DNA of 64,000 bases. It comes from a bacterium (GTDB taxonomy: Bacteria; Electryoneota; Electryoneia; Electryoneales; Electryoneaceae). The stretch is from contig OY769902.1 in the NCBI GenBank assembly GCA_963669175.1, positions 1 through 64,000 on the forward strand, given 5' to 3'. Of this stretch, positions 1-8,612 are shown piece by piece. The notes under the pieces are model-generated. The model saw only the letters and a list, made by a program, of their open reading frames with translations. It ran no database searches and had not been told where the DNA came from. Made by a program: the position numbers and the translations under genes. The number at the start of each line of letters is the position of its first letter. The first letter of the stretch is position 1.

Positions 1-484
1 GGGCGCCAATCCACCAGAGGAACACACGGAATTCTGCCAGTTTCTGGTTCTTTACCACTCGGTAGGAGAAGTCGAATTGGCGTCCACGGTCAATGATGGC
101 GGCTTCCTTGTCACGGTAGAGCAGCTCCACACGTGGGAATGCAGCGCCGCCGGATGCACGCTTGCCCGCCGTTTTCTTCGCCGGATCGGTATTGATATAA
201 ATGGGACGAACGGTCGGACCTTTTTCCGGCACGCTGACCGCGATCAGGTCCGCCGGGTTCTGCACCATGGTGTAGCCGTGACGGATTTCGCGCAGGATAT
301 ATTCCGGCAGCAGGATCAGCGCGCCACCCACGAAAAACTGTTCGACAGTGATGGTGTTGCGTCCGGCGGTGATCACTTCCTGCACCGCGAGCTGACGTTC
401 AAACGCATCCAGCTCACTGATGACGTTGCCCTGCTTGTCACGTGGGCTCGGATCCATGGTTTCCAGCATTTCACTCAGGGTCAA
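1..484 (-). CDS. Phage major capsid protein, HK97-like (5' part; runs off the left edge; absent from the ORF track)
   Basis: Manual translation of the open minus frame 499->1: AQEQGLTLSEMLETMDPSP...LDAFERQLAVQEV...VEQFFVGGALILLPEYILREIRHGY...AFPRVELLYRDKEAAIIDRGRQFDFSYRVVKNQKLAEFRVFLWWIGA. It resembles a capsid family with LDAF(E/Q)RQL, VEKFF and FPEYI motifs. Start is uncertain: TTG at 484 with AGGAG 6 nt upstream, or ATG at 469. Confidence 0.8.
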   Translation of the reverse strand, partial: MTLSEMLETMDPSPRDKQGNVISELDAFERQLAVQEVITAGRNTITVEQFFVGGALILLPEYILREIRHGYTMVQNPADLIAVSVPEKGPTVRPIYINTDPAKKTAGKRASGGAAFPRVELLYRDKEAAIIDRGRQFDFSYRVVKNQKLAEFRVFLWWIGA

Positions 485-513
485 TCCCTGCTCCTGGGCT
501 TACACCTTATATC

Positions 514-546
514 AATTCCTAATTACTAATTACTAATTTCTAATTA
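514..546. repeat. Heptamer tandem repeat (AATTACT-type)
   Basis: aattcct aattact aattact aatttct aatta; 521-546 is identical to 41787-41812. Confidence 0.85.
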
Positions 547-555
547 AGCGAAGCG

Positions 556-993
556 TCATCCCAGCCACACATCGCAGGTTGTATCCGTAGCATTAACCGC
601 GATGACCTGCCCACGCATCAAGTGGCCGCCTTCCGCGATGTCCGCATCCGCCGAGGCCTTGCGAACCTTGCCCTCGCCTGCGATCTCGACCATCTGGTTG
701 ACTGCCGGGGTGGGCGCTTCATACTTGAACCGCGCCACACCACGCGCCTGCACTGCACAGGTTGCCGGACGAGTGGTGCCGGGAACCATATCCGTACTCA
801 CCCAGACCACTTTTCCGAAGACCTTGTTTCCCGCAGCGCCCTTCCCCGCTTCATTGTTCCCACTTACCACACATGCTGTGGCGTTGTTGTCCACATCATC
901 CTGGTCAAAACCCAGATCCGTGGTCGCATCAATAGACATGGTCAGAAACGGCCCCGACCCGATGCCTTCATTGTCAATCGAATACACACTCAT
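556..993 (-). CDS. Putative phage head decoration/capsid cement protein (DUF2190-like)
   Basis: 145 aa Gly/Ala/Val-rich beta protein (EGIG...FGKVV...AVQARG...TPAVN...VIAVNATDTTCDVWLG) directly upstream of the capsid gene; AGGAG RBS. Confidence 0.65.
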   Translation of the reverse strand: MSVYSIDNEGIGSGPFLTMSIDATTDLGFDQDDVDNNATACVVSGNNEAGKGAAGNKVFGKVVWVSTDMVPGTTRPATCAVQARGVARFKYEAPTPAVNQMVEIAGEGKVRKASADADIAEGGHLMRGQVIAVNATDTTCDVWLG

Positions 994-1054
994 TGAGATA
1001 TCTCCTGTTTTGCACTGAATGTTGTGTTATCACAACATCACATTCAAAAAAATA

Positions 1055-1429
1055 TCAGCGTCCGCTCTTGAACCGTCCGGCTTCGAAACGTGAACCGCGT
1101 CTTCCCTGGATTTCGGGCAGATCGACCTGGTTGGGACGGAAACGGCGTGCGACTTCATGATCCATCTCATCATCGAGACGTTCCAGTTCTTCCAGGGCGC
1201 CATCATTCGCCAGGGCACGGTCCTTTTCGCCACGATCCAGCAGGTCACAACGCGCCAGTACACGTTTGCGCAGACGTTTCAGCATCCGTTCATGCTCTTC
1301 GGAAAGGGTGGGATGATCACGCAACTCATCAGCGGCATAGCGCATCAGGAACGCGAGTTCATCCAGATTGACCTCTTCACCGGCTTCGCACATATCGGCG
1401 GCGGCGACGAGTTTCGGCAGCAATTCCAT
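1055..1429 (-). CDS. Hypothetical helical protein, possible capsid scaffold
   Basis: AAGGAG RBS; charged helical 124 aa; first gene of the head operon, at the usual scaffold position. Confidence 0.5.
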   Translation of the reverse strand: MELLPKLVAAADMCEAGEEVNLDELAFLMRYAADELRDHPTLSEEHERMLKRLRKRVLARCDLLDRGEKDRALANDGALEELERLDDEMDHEVARRFRPNQVDLPEIQGRRGSRFEAGRFKSGR

Positions 1430-1540
1430 GAATTCTCCTTGTGGTTGGCAGGACAGACTCTCTACGGACGCTCACAACAGGGATTGGCCCTGCGACCAAC
1501 CCGCTTCAACTCTGTCCTTGCGATATCATAATATCAACAA

Positions 1541-1556
1541 CTGAACACTTGTTCAG
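1541..1556. promoter_or_regulatory. Palindromic operator CTGAACA-CT-TGTTCAG (contains GAAC-N4-GTTC)
   Basis: Perfect 7-bp inverted repeat just downstream of the predicted transcription start. Confidence 0.6.
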
Positions 1557-1565
1557 CACGACACC

Positions 1566-1594
1566 AAGATAGGCCACGGGAAGCGTGTTGTCAA
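1566..1594 (-). promoter_or_regulatory. Sigma70-type promoter for the head operon
   Basis: Minus strand TTGACA (1594-1589), 17-nt spacer, TATCTT (1571-1566). Confidence 0.7.
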
Positions 1595-1989
1595 TACCCA
1601 ACATTGCAAATTGTGGTAAAAAGGCCTCAGAGGAGGGGAAAACGGGGATTATTTGTTGAGATAAATTGACTCCCCTGTTGTGTTATGCCGGTTCGAGTTG
1701 CGTTGCGTTGTGTCTACACAATGATTATCTTTTGTCTGTTTGGCCCCGCTTGAAGTGTTTTGGCCCCGCTGGCTTGAAACACGCCGTAGCTTGCGAAGGC
1801 GGTTGCCCAGCGGTGGTCTATTCTAAAACAAAATAAGAAGTTAGTCCTTCTGTAGTATGTTGGCTCTGGAACTTTCGTGGACTGTTGTTACCTTACTACA
1901 CTACATGCGGTATAAATCCTTTGTGTTATTTAGAATAAACCCCGCCGGGCAAGCCGTCGGGGCCAAAAGGTCACCAAAGGCAGGAACGA

Positions 1990-2436
1990 GTGAAGGCAGA
2001 GATCGTCGGACAGAGGGTCAGGGAATTGCGTGAGCAAGTCGGCTACACCCAGGGCGGGTTGGCCGAGCGTGCCGGGATTGATCGTGCCAGTCTGAGCCAG
2101 ATTGAGAATGGTCATGCCGCCCCACGTTCGACCACTCTGTTCAAGCTGGCCGAAGCTTTGCACGTGCGTCCTGCCGACCTGCTGGACGGAGAGAGTCCGA
2201 CTGATAGCCGTACACCGGATGAGGATGGCCCCCGATACGCTCCCCTGGAAGACAGCCAGTTATACCCGGGACTTGAACAGCTGTTGAATGATCCACGCGA
2301 CCGTCTTTTACTCCAGATCACCCCGGCCGAGGAGGCGGCATTACGTTCCATTCGTTTACGCAGCGAACGTGTAGCCTCAAAGGATTTCTTCATTGATATG
2401 CTGGCGGTCATTCGTCGCCATCAGCAGGAACTGTAA
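1990..2436 (+). CDS. XRE-family HTH transcriptional regulator
   Basis: VGQRVRELRE..GYTQGGLAERAGIDRASLSQIENG..PRSTTLFKLAEAL is a classic HTH_3; divergent from the head operon. Confidence 0.9.
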   Translation: MKAEIVGQRVRELREQVGYTQGGLAERAGIDRASLSQIENGHAAPRSTTLFKLAEALHVRPADLLDGESPTDSRTPDEDGPRYAPLEDSQLYPGLEQLLNDPRDRLLLQITPAEEAALRSIRLRSERVASKDFFIDMLAVIRRHQQEL

Positions 2437-2533
2437 CCTCCCATCGCTTCTCAAGGTTGATGCATCGGGAAGCATTTTTTCATACATTCCCGCAGGTTTT
2501 CAAGTTACATGTACGACAGTTGACGGAGAGACG

Positions 2534-2878
2534 ATGTTACTTCTGGACTGGGACGAACTGCGTGACGTCATGCTGAAAGCGGCAGGCGAGAAGTTGGAAG
2601 GTTTTGGGTATAGCCAGGACGTGAACCGTGCGGTTCTGGCCAACATGAAATCGATTTACGATGAGATCCGCACGATCCACCGTGAGTATGAAGCCGGCGC
2701 CATGGATGAGGCGAAGGCACGTCAGCAACTCGGGTCACAGAAAAGCCGTGCCATGGACATGATGCTGGTTTCTTCCGAACTCAGCCTTTTCAAGGTGCGT
2801 AAGGTAGTCAACGCGGCACTCGAAGCGATCAACCCGCAGTTCAAAGAATCGACCGGGTTCGATCTGCTCTCAGAATAA
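2534..2878 (+). CDS. Hypothetical helical protein
   Basis: GGAGAG RBS before ATG 2534; 114 aa. Confidence 0.65.
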   Translation: MLLLDWDELRDVMLKAAGEKLEGFGYSQDVNRAVLANMKSIYDEIRTIHREYEAGAMDEAKARQQLGSQKSRAMDMMLVSSELSLFKVRKVVNAALEAINPQFKESTGFDLLSE

Positions 2879-3072
2879 CCTGTTCTGATTCGCTTCGGCG
2901 ATTCAGAACATGGATGCTGTGAAGATGCAGCATCCGTGTTGGTACCCCTCCCCTTTGTACTTCTATTCCTGCCATGCGCATGAGTATAGGGAATGCTCTG
3001 TGCGCTTGAACTGCTCCCTGCTTGCTCCCTATACTGAAGGATGACGCGACCATATCAGGGAGACCATCATCC

Positions 3073-3687
3073 ATGCCAATCCTGTCCGAAACCCCATCCG
3101 AATGGGCGGTGGAATTTGCTGCCCAACACGGTATCCGTCTGAAGTGCGAAACCCCGATCCCGGGAGACTTGCCGGCATTGAAGTACGAGGATGAACATGG
3201 ACCGGTCGTCCTGCTGGAAGCGAAGCTCCCGCACGAACGTCAGAACTTCTCCCTGGCCCACGAAGTCGCCCATGTCCTGCTGGGACACAGCGGCGAACTG
3301 GGCCCATTGGAAGAGAATGAAGCGGACACGTTAGCGTCGGAACTCCTGCTGCCTCGTGAACAGTTCGAACCGGAAGCATGGCGCAACCTGCGTGAACTGA
3401 AGGAGCTATTCCCGCATGCGTCGTTCGAAGCGTTGGCACGTCGCAAGATCACCCTCACCCCCGGCGGCCTGACCATCTGGGACAACATGAAGCTGGTGCG
3501 CCGCCTGTCCGGGCTGGAATTCGCCCTGCCCCCGCATCCGACTCAACCGGAATTCCAACTTGCCAAACAAGCCTATGAACAACGTAGCGATGTGACTGTA
3601 GAAGGTGACGGCTATTCCCTGGAAGCGACGTATGTCGATGAAGGACGTGGGGTCATACGAGTATTGCTGCTGGTGGTTGGGGAGTAG
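3073..3687 (+). CDS. ImmA/IrrE family metallo-endopeptidase
   Basis: ERQNFSLAHEVAHVLLGH (HExxH) followed by EENEADTLASELLLP. Confidence 0.9.
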   Translation: MPILSETPSEWAVEFAAQHGIRLKCETPIPGDLPALKYEDEHGPVVLLEAKLPHERQNFSLAHEVAHVLLGHSGELGPLEENEADTLASELLLPREQFEPEAWRNLRELKELFPHASFEALARRKITLTPGGLTIWDNMKLVRRLSGLEFALPPHPTQPEFQLAKQAYEQRSDVTVEGDGYSLEATYVDEGRGVIRVLLLVVGE

Positions 3688-3822
3688 TCTGCTCCAAATC
3701 AGCGCCTCTCCTGCCTGGCATTTTACAGACAAAGATTGCAATCGGTATAATGATTGCAGATTTCATAATACAGAATGATTAGCCAGAATTTTGTGCATAC
3801 ATTGCTACGAAGGGGGAATAAG

Positions 3823-6021
3823 ATGCACCGAAAACTTCGACTCAGCGTTTTCATCCTGCTGTTGGCTCTACCGCTCCATCTTCACGCCCAGGATAGTGTT
3901 TCCTTCTCGGATCCTGTTGATCTGATAAGCTTCTGGTCTGAAAATGTGAAGGATATAGCATACTGTAATGATCTTGCCTTTGTAGCTTTATCATCAGAAA
4001 TACGTGTGCTTGATCTGTCGGCCCCGGATCATCCGGTAGAAACAGCAATGATGTTTACAGATTCATATCAGGTTAAAAGCTTGGTAACGAATGGTAATTA
4101 TGTTTATGTATTGCATCTTACGGAGCGATATTCAGGGCGGATTTCAGTCGTAGATGTATCCAATCCAAATTCATTGGCTATCGTGGGAGAAATTGAAATA
4201 TCCTACCGTTCGAATACAATGCAGATACATGACAATCTACTCATGATCGGTGGTGGCGAGTTTACAATCATGTCCATTGAAAATCCAAGTTCGCCAGAAT
4301 TTGTGAGCAGTACTGTTGTATCATATGATGTATTTGGCTTCTGTGTACATGACACTCTTGTGTACACGGTCGGCCAGGAAAGAATCAACGTAATCAATAT
4401 CGCCAACCTGGAGGATATACGTTCCCTTTATTTGGGTGATGATGTTACTTCTACGGATTGTGCTGTCTATAATGGTTACCTCTATGCGACATATCGATAT
4501 CCTGTCGATGATCATGTCAGCACTGCCGGCGTTGTATTCTCATTAGAGAATCCTGCTGCACCTGAGCTTTTGGGAACCTTTCGTTTGTACTCACATATTA
4601 CCCAGGCATTTTATAGTGTTGAGAATTACGGGGAATACCTCCTGCTTCATGGTAGAAACCGGGTTGTTTTATGCGAAGTTGGAGAATCGCCGCAACTGCT
4701 TGAGGTTGTTGGAGAGTACTCAAACACAGGCAGAACCTTCATTACAAGCACACTTAACGACAATACCCTGTTCACAATTGTTGATCATTGGGACATAACT
4801 GGACTGCAAAGTTTTTCCATTGAAGAAACCAGCATAACTCCCCAGGGGTTGACCTGTTGGTATGAGGGTACCTACCAGACCCACGAACAGCGTGGTGACT
4901 ATGTCTATGCTTTTGTTTCACCTTTTGATTTGTTCTGTTTTGACATATCCGATCCAGACAACCCGGTTACTGTTTCAGGCAGTTTTCGCGGTGAAGGAAT
5001 GGCACCATATGAATTAACATCGTATCAATGCGATGAATACATATATACAATTACAGGTGATGGCGTACTAAGCGTATACGACACATCCGATCCTGAGAAT
5101 GTCGCTGTAGTCTGGAGTGAATCGATCGGGCCGGACGACATCAACTATCCTGATATACAGGGCTGTGGTGATTTGCTGGTTATAAACCGTGGAAATAGTG
5201 TCCTGGAAGGCTGGTCTGTTGAAAACAGGCGCGAACCTGTACTGGTCTGGTCACACGACACTGCCAGGTGCACGTATATTGTCAACGATGAGTACTTATA
5301 CAAATTCGTGTCAACAACTCTCGTCATTTATAGCCTGGACGGTTTTAATCCACCGGAAGAGGTTTCCCGGTCATTCATATACCTGGGTTGTTCCGCAACA
5401 CCGGCGTCTCATGGCGATTATCTATATATACCATCCTCCTGCGGAGTTGTGAAAACCAATATTAGCGATCCTGTAGCTCCTCGAAGTGAAGCCCTGCTCC
5501 CCAATGGAGCAGGCCGTACAAATGGTGTAGATATTCAGTTCCCTTTTGCTTATGTGTTGGTAGTAAACAGGATCCAGGTGTTTGACATATGGGACCCGGT
5601 CCATCCTCGACTGACAGGCACAGAACTGTATTCTGAACCTCCAGTAAAAATGACTCTGCAAAATGATGTTGTCGTGGTGGGTACAGAAACAACTCTGCAA
5701 TTTCAAACTGTGTGTATCCCTAACACGGCAGATGATGATATCAAGGAATTTGTGCCCACAGAATATTCTCTTCTTACAGCGTATCCCAACCCGTTTAACG
5801 GCGCAATCAACTTGACAGTGATGCTGCAGGAACGAAGTGACGTTCTCATGCAGGTCTATTCTATCGAAGGACGCCTGATAACAACTCTCATGGACCACAC
5901 GATGGAGAAAGGAACTCATCGTGTAACCTGGACACCGGACAACTGTTCCTCCGGAGTGTATTTCGTGTCACTCAAGACAAACGAAACCAGCGCAATTCAG
6001 AAGATTATCTATACCAGGTAG
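3823..6021 (+). CDS. Secreted LVIVD-repeat protein with T9SS-type CTD
   Basis: Signal peptide; repeated V(L/V)D(L/V/I)SxPxxP motifs; C-terminal AYPNPFN...SSGVYFV. Confidence 0.85.
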   Translation: MHRKLRLSVFILLLALPLHLHAQDSVSFSDPVDLISFWSENVKDIAYCNDLAFVALSSEIRVLDLSAPDHPVETAMMFTDSYQVKSLVTNGNYVYVLHLTERYSGRISVVDVSNPNSLAIVGEIEISYRSNTMQIHDNLLMIGGGEFTIMSIENPSSPEFVSSTVVSYDVFGFCVHDTLVYTVGQERINVINIANLEDIRSLYLGDDVTSTDCAVYNGYLYATYRYPVDDHVSTAGVVFSLENPAAPELLGTFRLYSHITQAFYSVENYGEYLLLHGRNRVVLCEVGESPQLLEVVGEYSNTGRTFITSTLNDNTLFTIVDHWDITGLQSFSIEETSITPQGLTCWYEGTYQTHEQRGDYVYAFVSPFDLFCFDISDPDNPVTVSGSFRGEGMAPYELTSYQCDEYIYTITGDGVLSVYDTSDPENVAVVWSESIGPDDINYPDIQGCGDLLVINRGNSVLEGWSVENRREPVLVWSHDTARCTYIVNDEYLYKFVSTTLVIYSLDGFNPPEEVSRSFIYLGCSATPASHGDYLYIPSSCGVVKTNISDPVAPRSEALLPNGAGRTNGVDIQFPFAYVLVVNRIQVFDIWDPVHPRLTGTELYSEPPVKMTLQNDVVVVGTETTLQFQTVCIPNTADDDIKEFVPTEYSLLTAYPNPFNGAINLTVMLQERSDVLMQVYSIEGRLITTLMDHTMEKGTHRVTWTPDNCSSGVYFVSLKTNETSAIQKIIYTR

Positions 6022-6030
6022 GGGGAAAAT

Positions 6031-8370
6031 ATGCCGTCAAACATAGCGAAAACGATCACTATTGCACTGTCGCTGCTTCTCGCCTGTCTGACCGGTTTTG
6101 CACAGGACAGCCTGAATATCAGTCGAGTCGGGCAGATTCCGATCACAGCGGACTGGTGGGGTAAGGCGTTGATGATTGACACCTATGCCTATCTCCCTAC
6201 CGCAGGTTCATGTATAGAGGTTATTGATCTTTCGGATCTGGATGATCCACGGGAAGTCATAACGTTGACGGTCCCGGGATCAGGTTATCCCAAGCTCATG
6301 CTGGATCAACATGATGTACTGTATGTTCAACTCTATCGCAACCGTTTTGAATGGTATGATGTCAGCAATTCGGCAGAACCAGTGTTTCTTGGTTTTATGA
6401 CCACTCCTGAAGGTCTGGAAGGGATGACTTGTGACGAGGATATCCTCGTTGTGACTGGACATGCTCCCGAAAGCCTCTATGACGGCTGGATGCAGGTGTA
6501 TTCGTTGAACGATCCGCATCACCCGGAACAGATTCACGACGGTCAAGTCAGCGAAGCGCTGGGCTGTGCCAATCTCGATGGCGATTACCTGTATATAGCT
6601 GGTCATTATTCTGTTCGAACTTTTGATATGAACAATCCTGAAGAACCGGTGGAATGTTCTAGCCTGTTTATACCATGCTGGTCCATGACAGCTTTGTACA
6701 GATTTGAAGACTATCTTCACATCGCCTTTGTGGATGATGCTCGTCATTCTTATGAATATCGGCGTGTTATTGACCTGTCTGATCCAGCGCTACCAATTGA
6801 TGTGGGAACCATTTTGCTTGATGGAGATCCTCTCCGATTTCACGACCAGGTTGTTCTTGGAGATACATTGCTCATCCTGCCTGGTCTGCGTAAAATAGTC
6901 TTTCACGAACCAAGCCAAGCTTCTATTGTTTGGGAAAATCCAACCCCCAATCCTGGCAGCGCTCTCAAATGGCTTTCATGTTGGCAGGAATCTGAAAGTA
7001 TCATCGTAAACAACAAAATAAATCTTTCACATTTTAACGTCGAGGAGGCCGAATTTTCTTCTCTGATCGACAATACACTCTCTTCACTTCATAAAATGAC
7101 CGTTGAAGATAGTTTGCTGGTAGTAACAAACAATGAGAGCGTAAGAATCTACAATGTGGCTGATCCCGATACACCAGTTGCCAGGGACACATTTACAGTA
7201 ATGAATGATTATTGTCCAAAAGAAATGCAATTGAAGGATGGCGCCCTCTACATGTCCTTGATGCTGTTGGATGCTGACGAGTATGACTGGTGTTTCTACA
7301 GGGCTTTAGGGGCATATGACTTGACAACTATACAAGGTCCATGCCTGTTATATTTCCAGGACCGTGTTCCGGATTATTTCAGCTACGCAACCATCGATAG
7401 TTTCTACCATCTAAAATCCAGCGATACTAGGATGTTTTACCTTGCCCCTTCAGCAATAGTCGCGCTGGATATCACAGATCCGCATTATCCGGCAGATCTG
7501 GCTGTAATACCTGTTGGCGAAGATTGCAAGACTTATTCTGGCTTTGCTGTCAATGATACCATACTCTACCTGACAACCTACGTCTTTGTAAACCAAAGAC
7601 CTCCTGCAGGTTACTTTCAAGGCTATGTTTTCCCGGAATCCGGTGAAGCTGAGCTTCTCTTCGAAACACCTTTCTACCAGGGATATAGTCACCGTTTTTA
7701 TCAACGAAACAATATCCTCTACAGAGAATATATTTCAACTGAAACATATGAAGTAGAAGTCCAGCTATACGACATAACCAATCCCGTATTGCCACGCTAC
7801 CAATCGACCATTACTTCCTGGTTCCCACGAGAAAACCAGGCCAAACTCATCATTGATGGTGACTATGCGTTCGTTGCCGATTCTGTGGAGGGTGTTATAA
7901 TCTACTATTTCGATTCTGACACCAGCTATGTGCAGATTGGACATTCCGATATGTGGGGACCGGCATACCAGATGGAAGTGGATAACGACCTGCTGTATAT
8001 CAAGAACCGTCACCGTGTTGGTATCTATGACATCTCGAATGCGCTGGCCGTATCTGAACCAAAGCACCAGGCTACCAGCGAGTTTCTCCCGATCCGGGTA
8101 GTGCTGGATGCCCCCTGGCCCAACCCGTTTAACTCATCGACTACGGTATCCTGGACGCTTCCGCAGCAGGAACATGTCAGCCTGGTGGTGTATGATATCC
8201 TGGGACGTCGGGTTAGGACACTGTGCAACGAGGTGCGTACGGCAGGCGCACACCGGATTCATTGGGACGGCACAAACGAAGCGAACCGGCTGGTCAGCTC
8301 CGGGACGTATTTCTTGCGCCTGGAAACTGAGTCCGGTACTATGACAAGGTCCATTCATCTTGTGAAATAG
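6031..8370 (+). CDS. Secreted LVIVD-repeat protein with FlgD/T9SS-type CTD
   Basis: Signal peptide (AQDSLNI); DLSDP/DITDP repeats; PWPNPFNS...WDGTNE...SSGTYFL. Confidence 0.85.
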   Translation: MPSNIAKTITIALSLLLACLTGFAQDSLNISRVGQIPITADWWGKALMIDTYAYLPTAGSCIEVIDLSDLDDPREVITLTVPGSGYPKLMLDQHDVLYVQLYRNRFEWYDVSNSAEPVFLGFMTTPEGLEGMTCDEDILVVTGHAPESLYDGWMQVYSLNDPHHPEQIHDGQVSEALGCANLDGDYLYIAGHYSVRTFDMNNPEEPVECSSLFIPCWSMTALYRFEDYLHIAFVDDARHSYEYRRVIDLSDPALPIDVGTILLDGDPLRFHDQVVLGDTLLILPGLRKIVFHEPSQASIVWENPTPNPGSALKWLSCWQESESIIVNNKINLSHFNVEEAEFSSLIDNTLSSLHKMTVEDSLLVVTNNESVRIYNVADPDTPVARDTFTVMNDYCPKEMQLKDGALYMSLMLLDADEYDWCFYRALGAYDLTTIQGPCLLYFQDRVPDYFSYATIDSFYHLKSSDTRMFYLAPSAIVALDITDPHYPADLAVIPVGEDCKTYSGFAVNDTILYLTTYVFVNQRPPAGYFQGYVFPESGEAELLFETPFYQGYSHRFYQRNNILYREYISTETYEVEVQLYDITNPVLPRYQSTITSWFPRENQAKLIIDGDYAFVADSVEGVIIYYFDSDTSYVQIGHSDMWGPAYQMEVDNDLLYIKNRHRVGIYDISNALAVSEPKHQATSEFLPIRVVLDAPWPNPFNSSTTVSWTLPQQEHVSLVVYDILGRRVRTLCNEVRTAGAHRIHWDGTNEANRLVSSGTYFLRLETESGTMTRSIHLVK

Positions 8371-8411
8371 CGTTAAAAAATTAACCCTGTCCGGCTTGAA
8401 GCATGCCAGAC

Positions 8412-8602
8412 GGGTGGCCTGATGCACAAGTGAGAGTGGTGGAATTATTGTTGCGATTAGGATACTGTGATGCTGTTATGATCTGTGACGCAAACAGGAG
8501 TGGATCGGGACGACGACGGGTGGCCCGGGAGTTTACTCCCGGGTTTCAAACAATCGACCAACAAAAAACAGGGACAGACCCCGCTGGGTCAGTCCCTGGT
8601 TT
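8412..8602. repeat. REP-like cluster (92-nt element, short GTGG hairpin, GGGAC hairpin)
   Basis: cctgatgcac...gtggatcggg 8418-8509; gtgg-cccgggag-ttta-ctcccggg ~8520-8543; gggacagacc..ggtcagtccc ~8570-8597, which may also terminate the convergent genes. Confidence 0.7.
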
Positions 8603-8612
8603 GACTAAAAAA

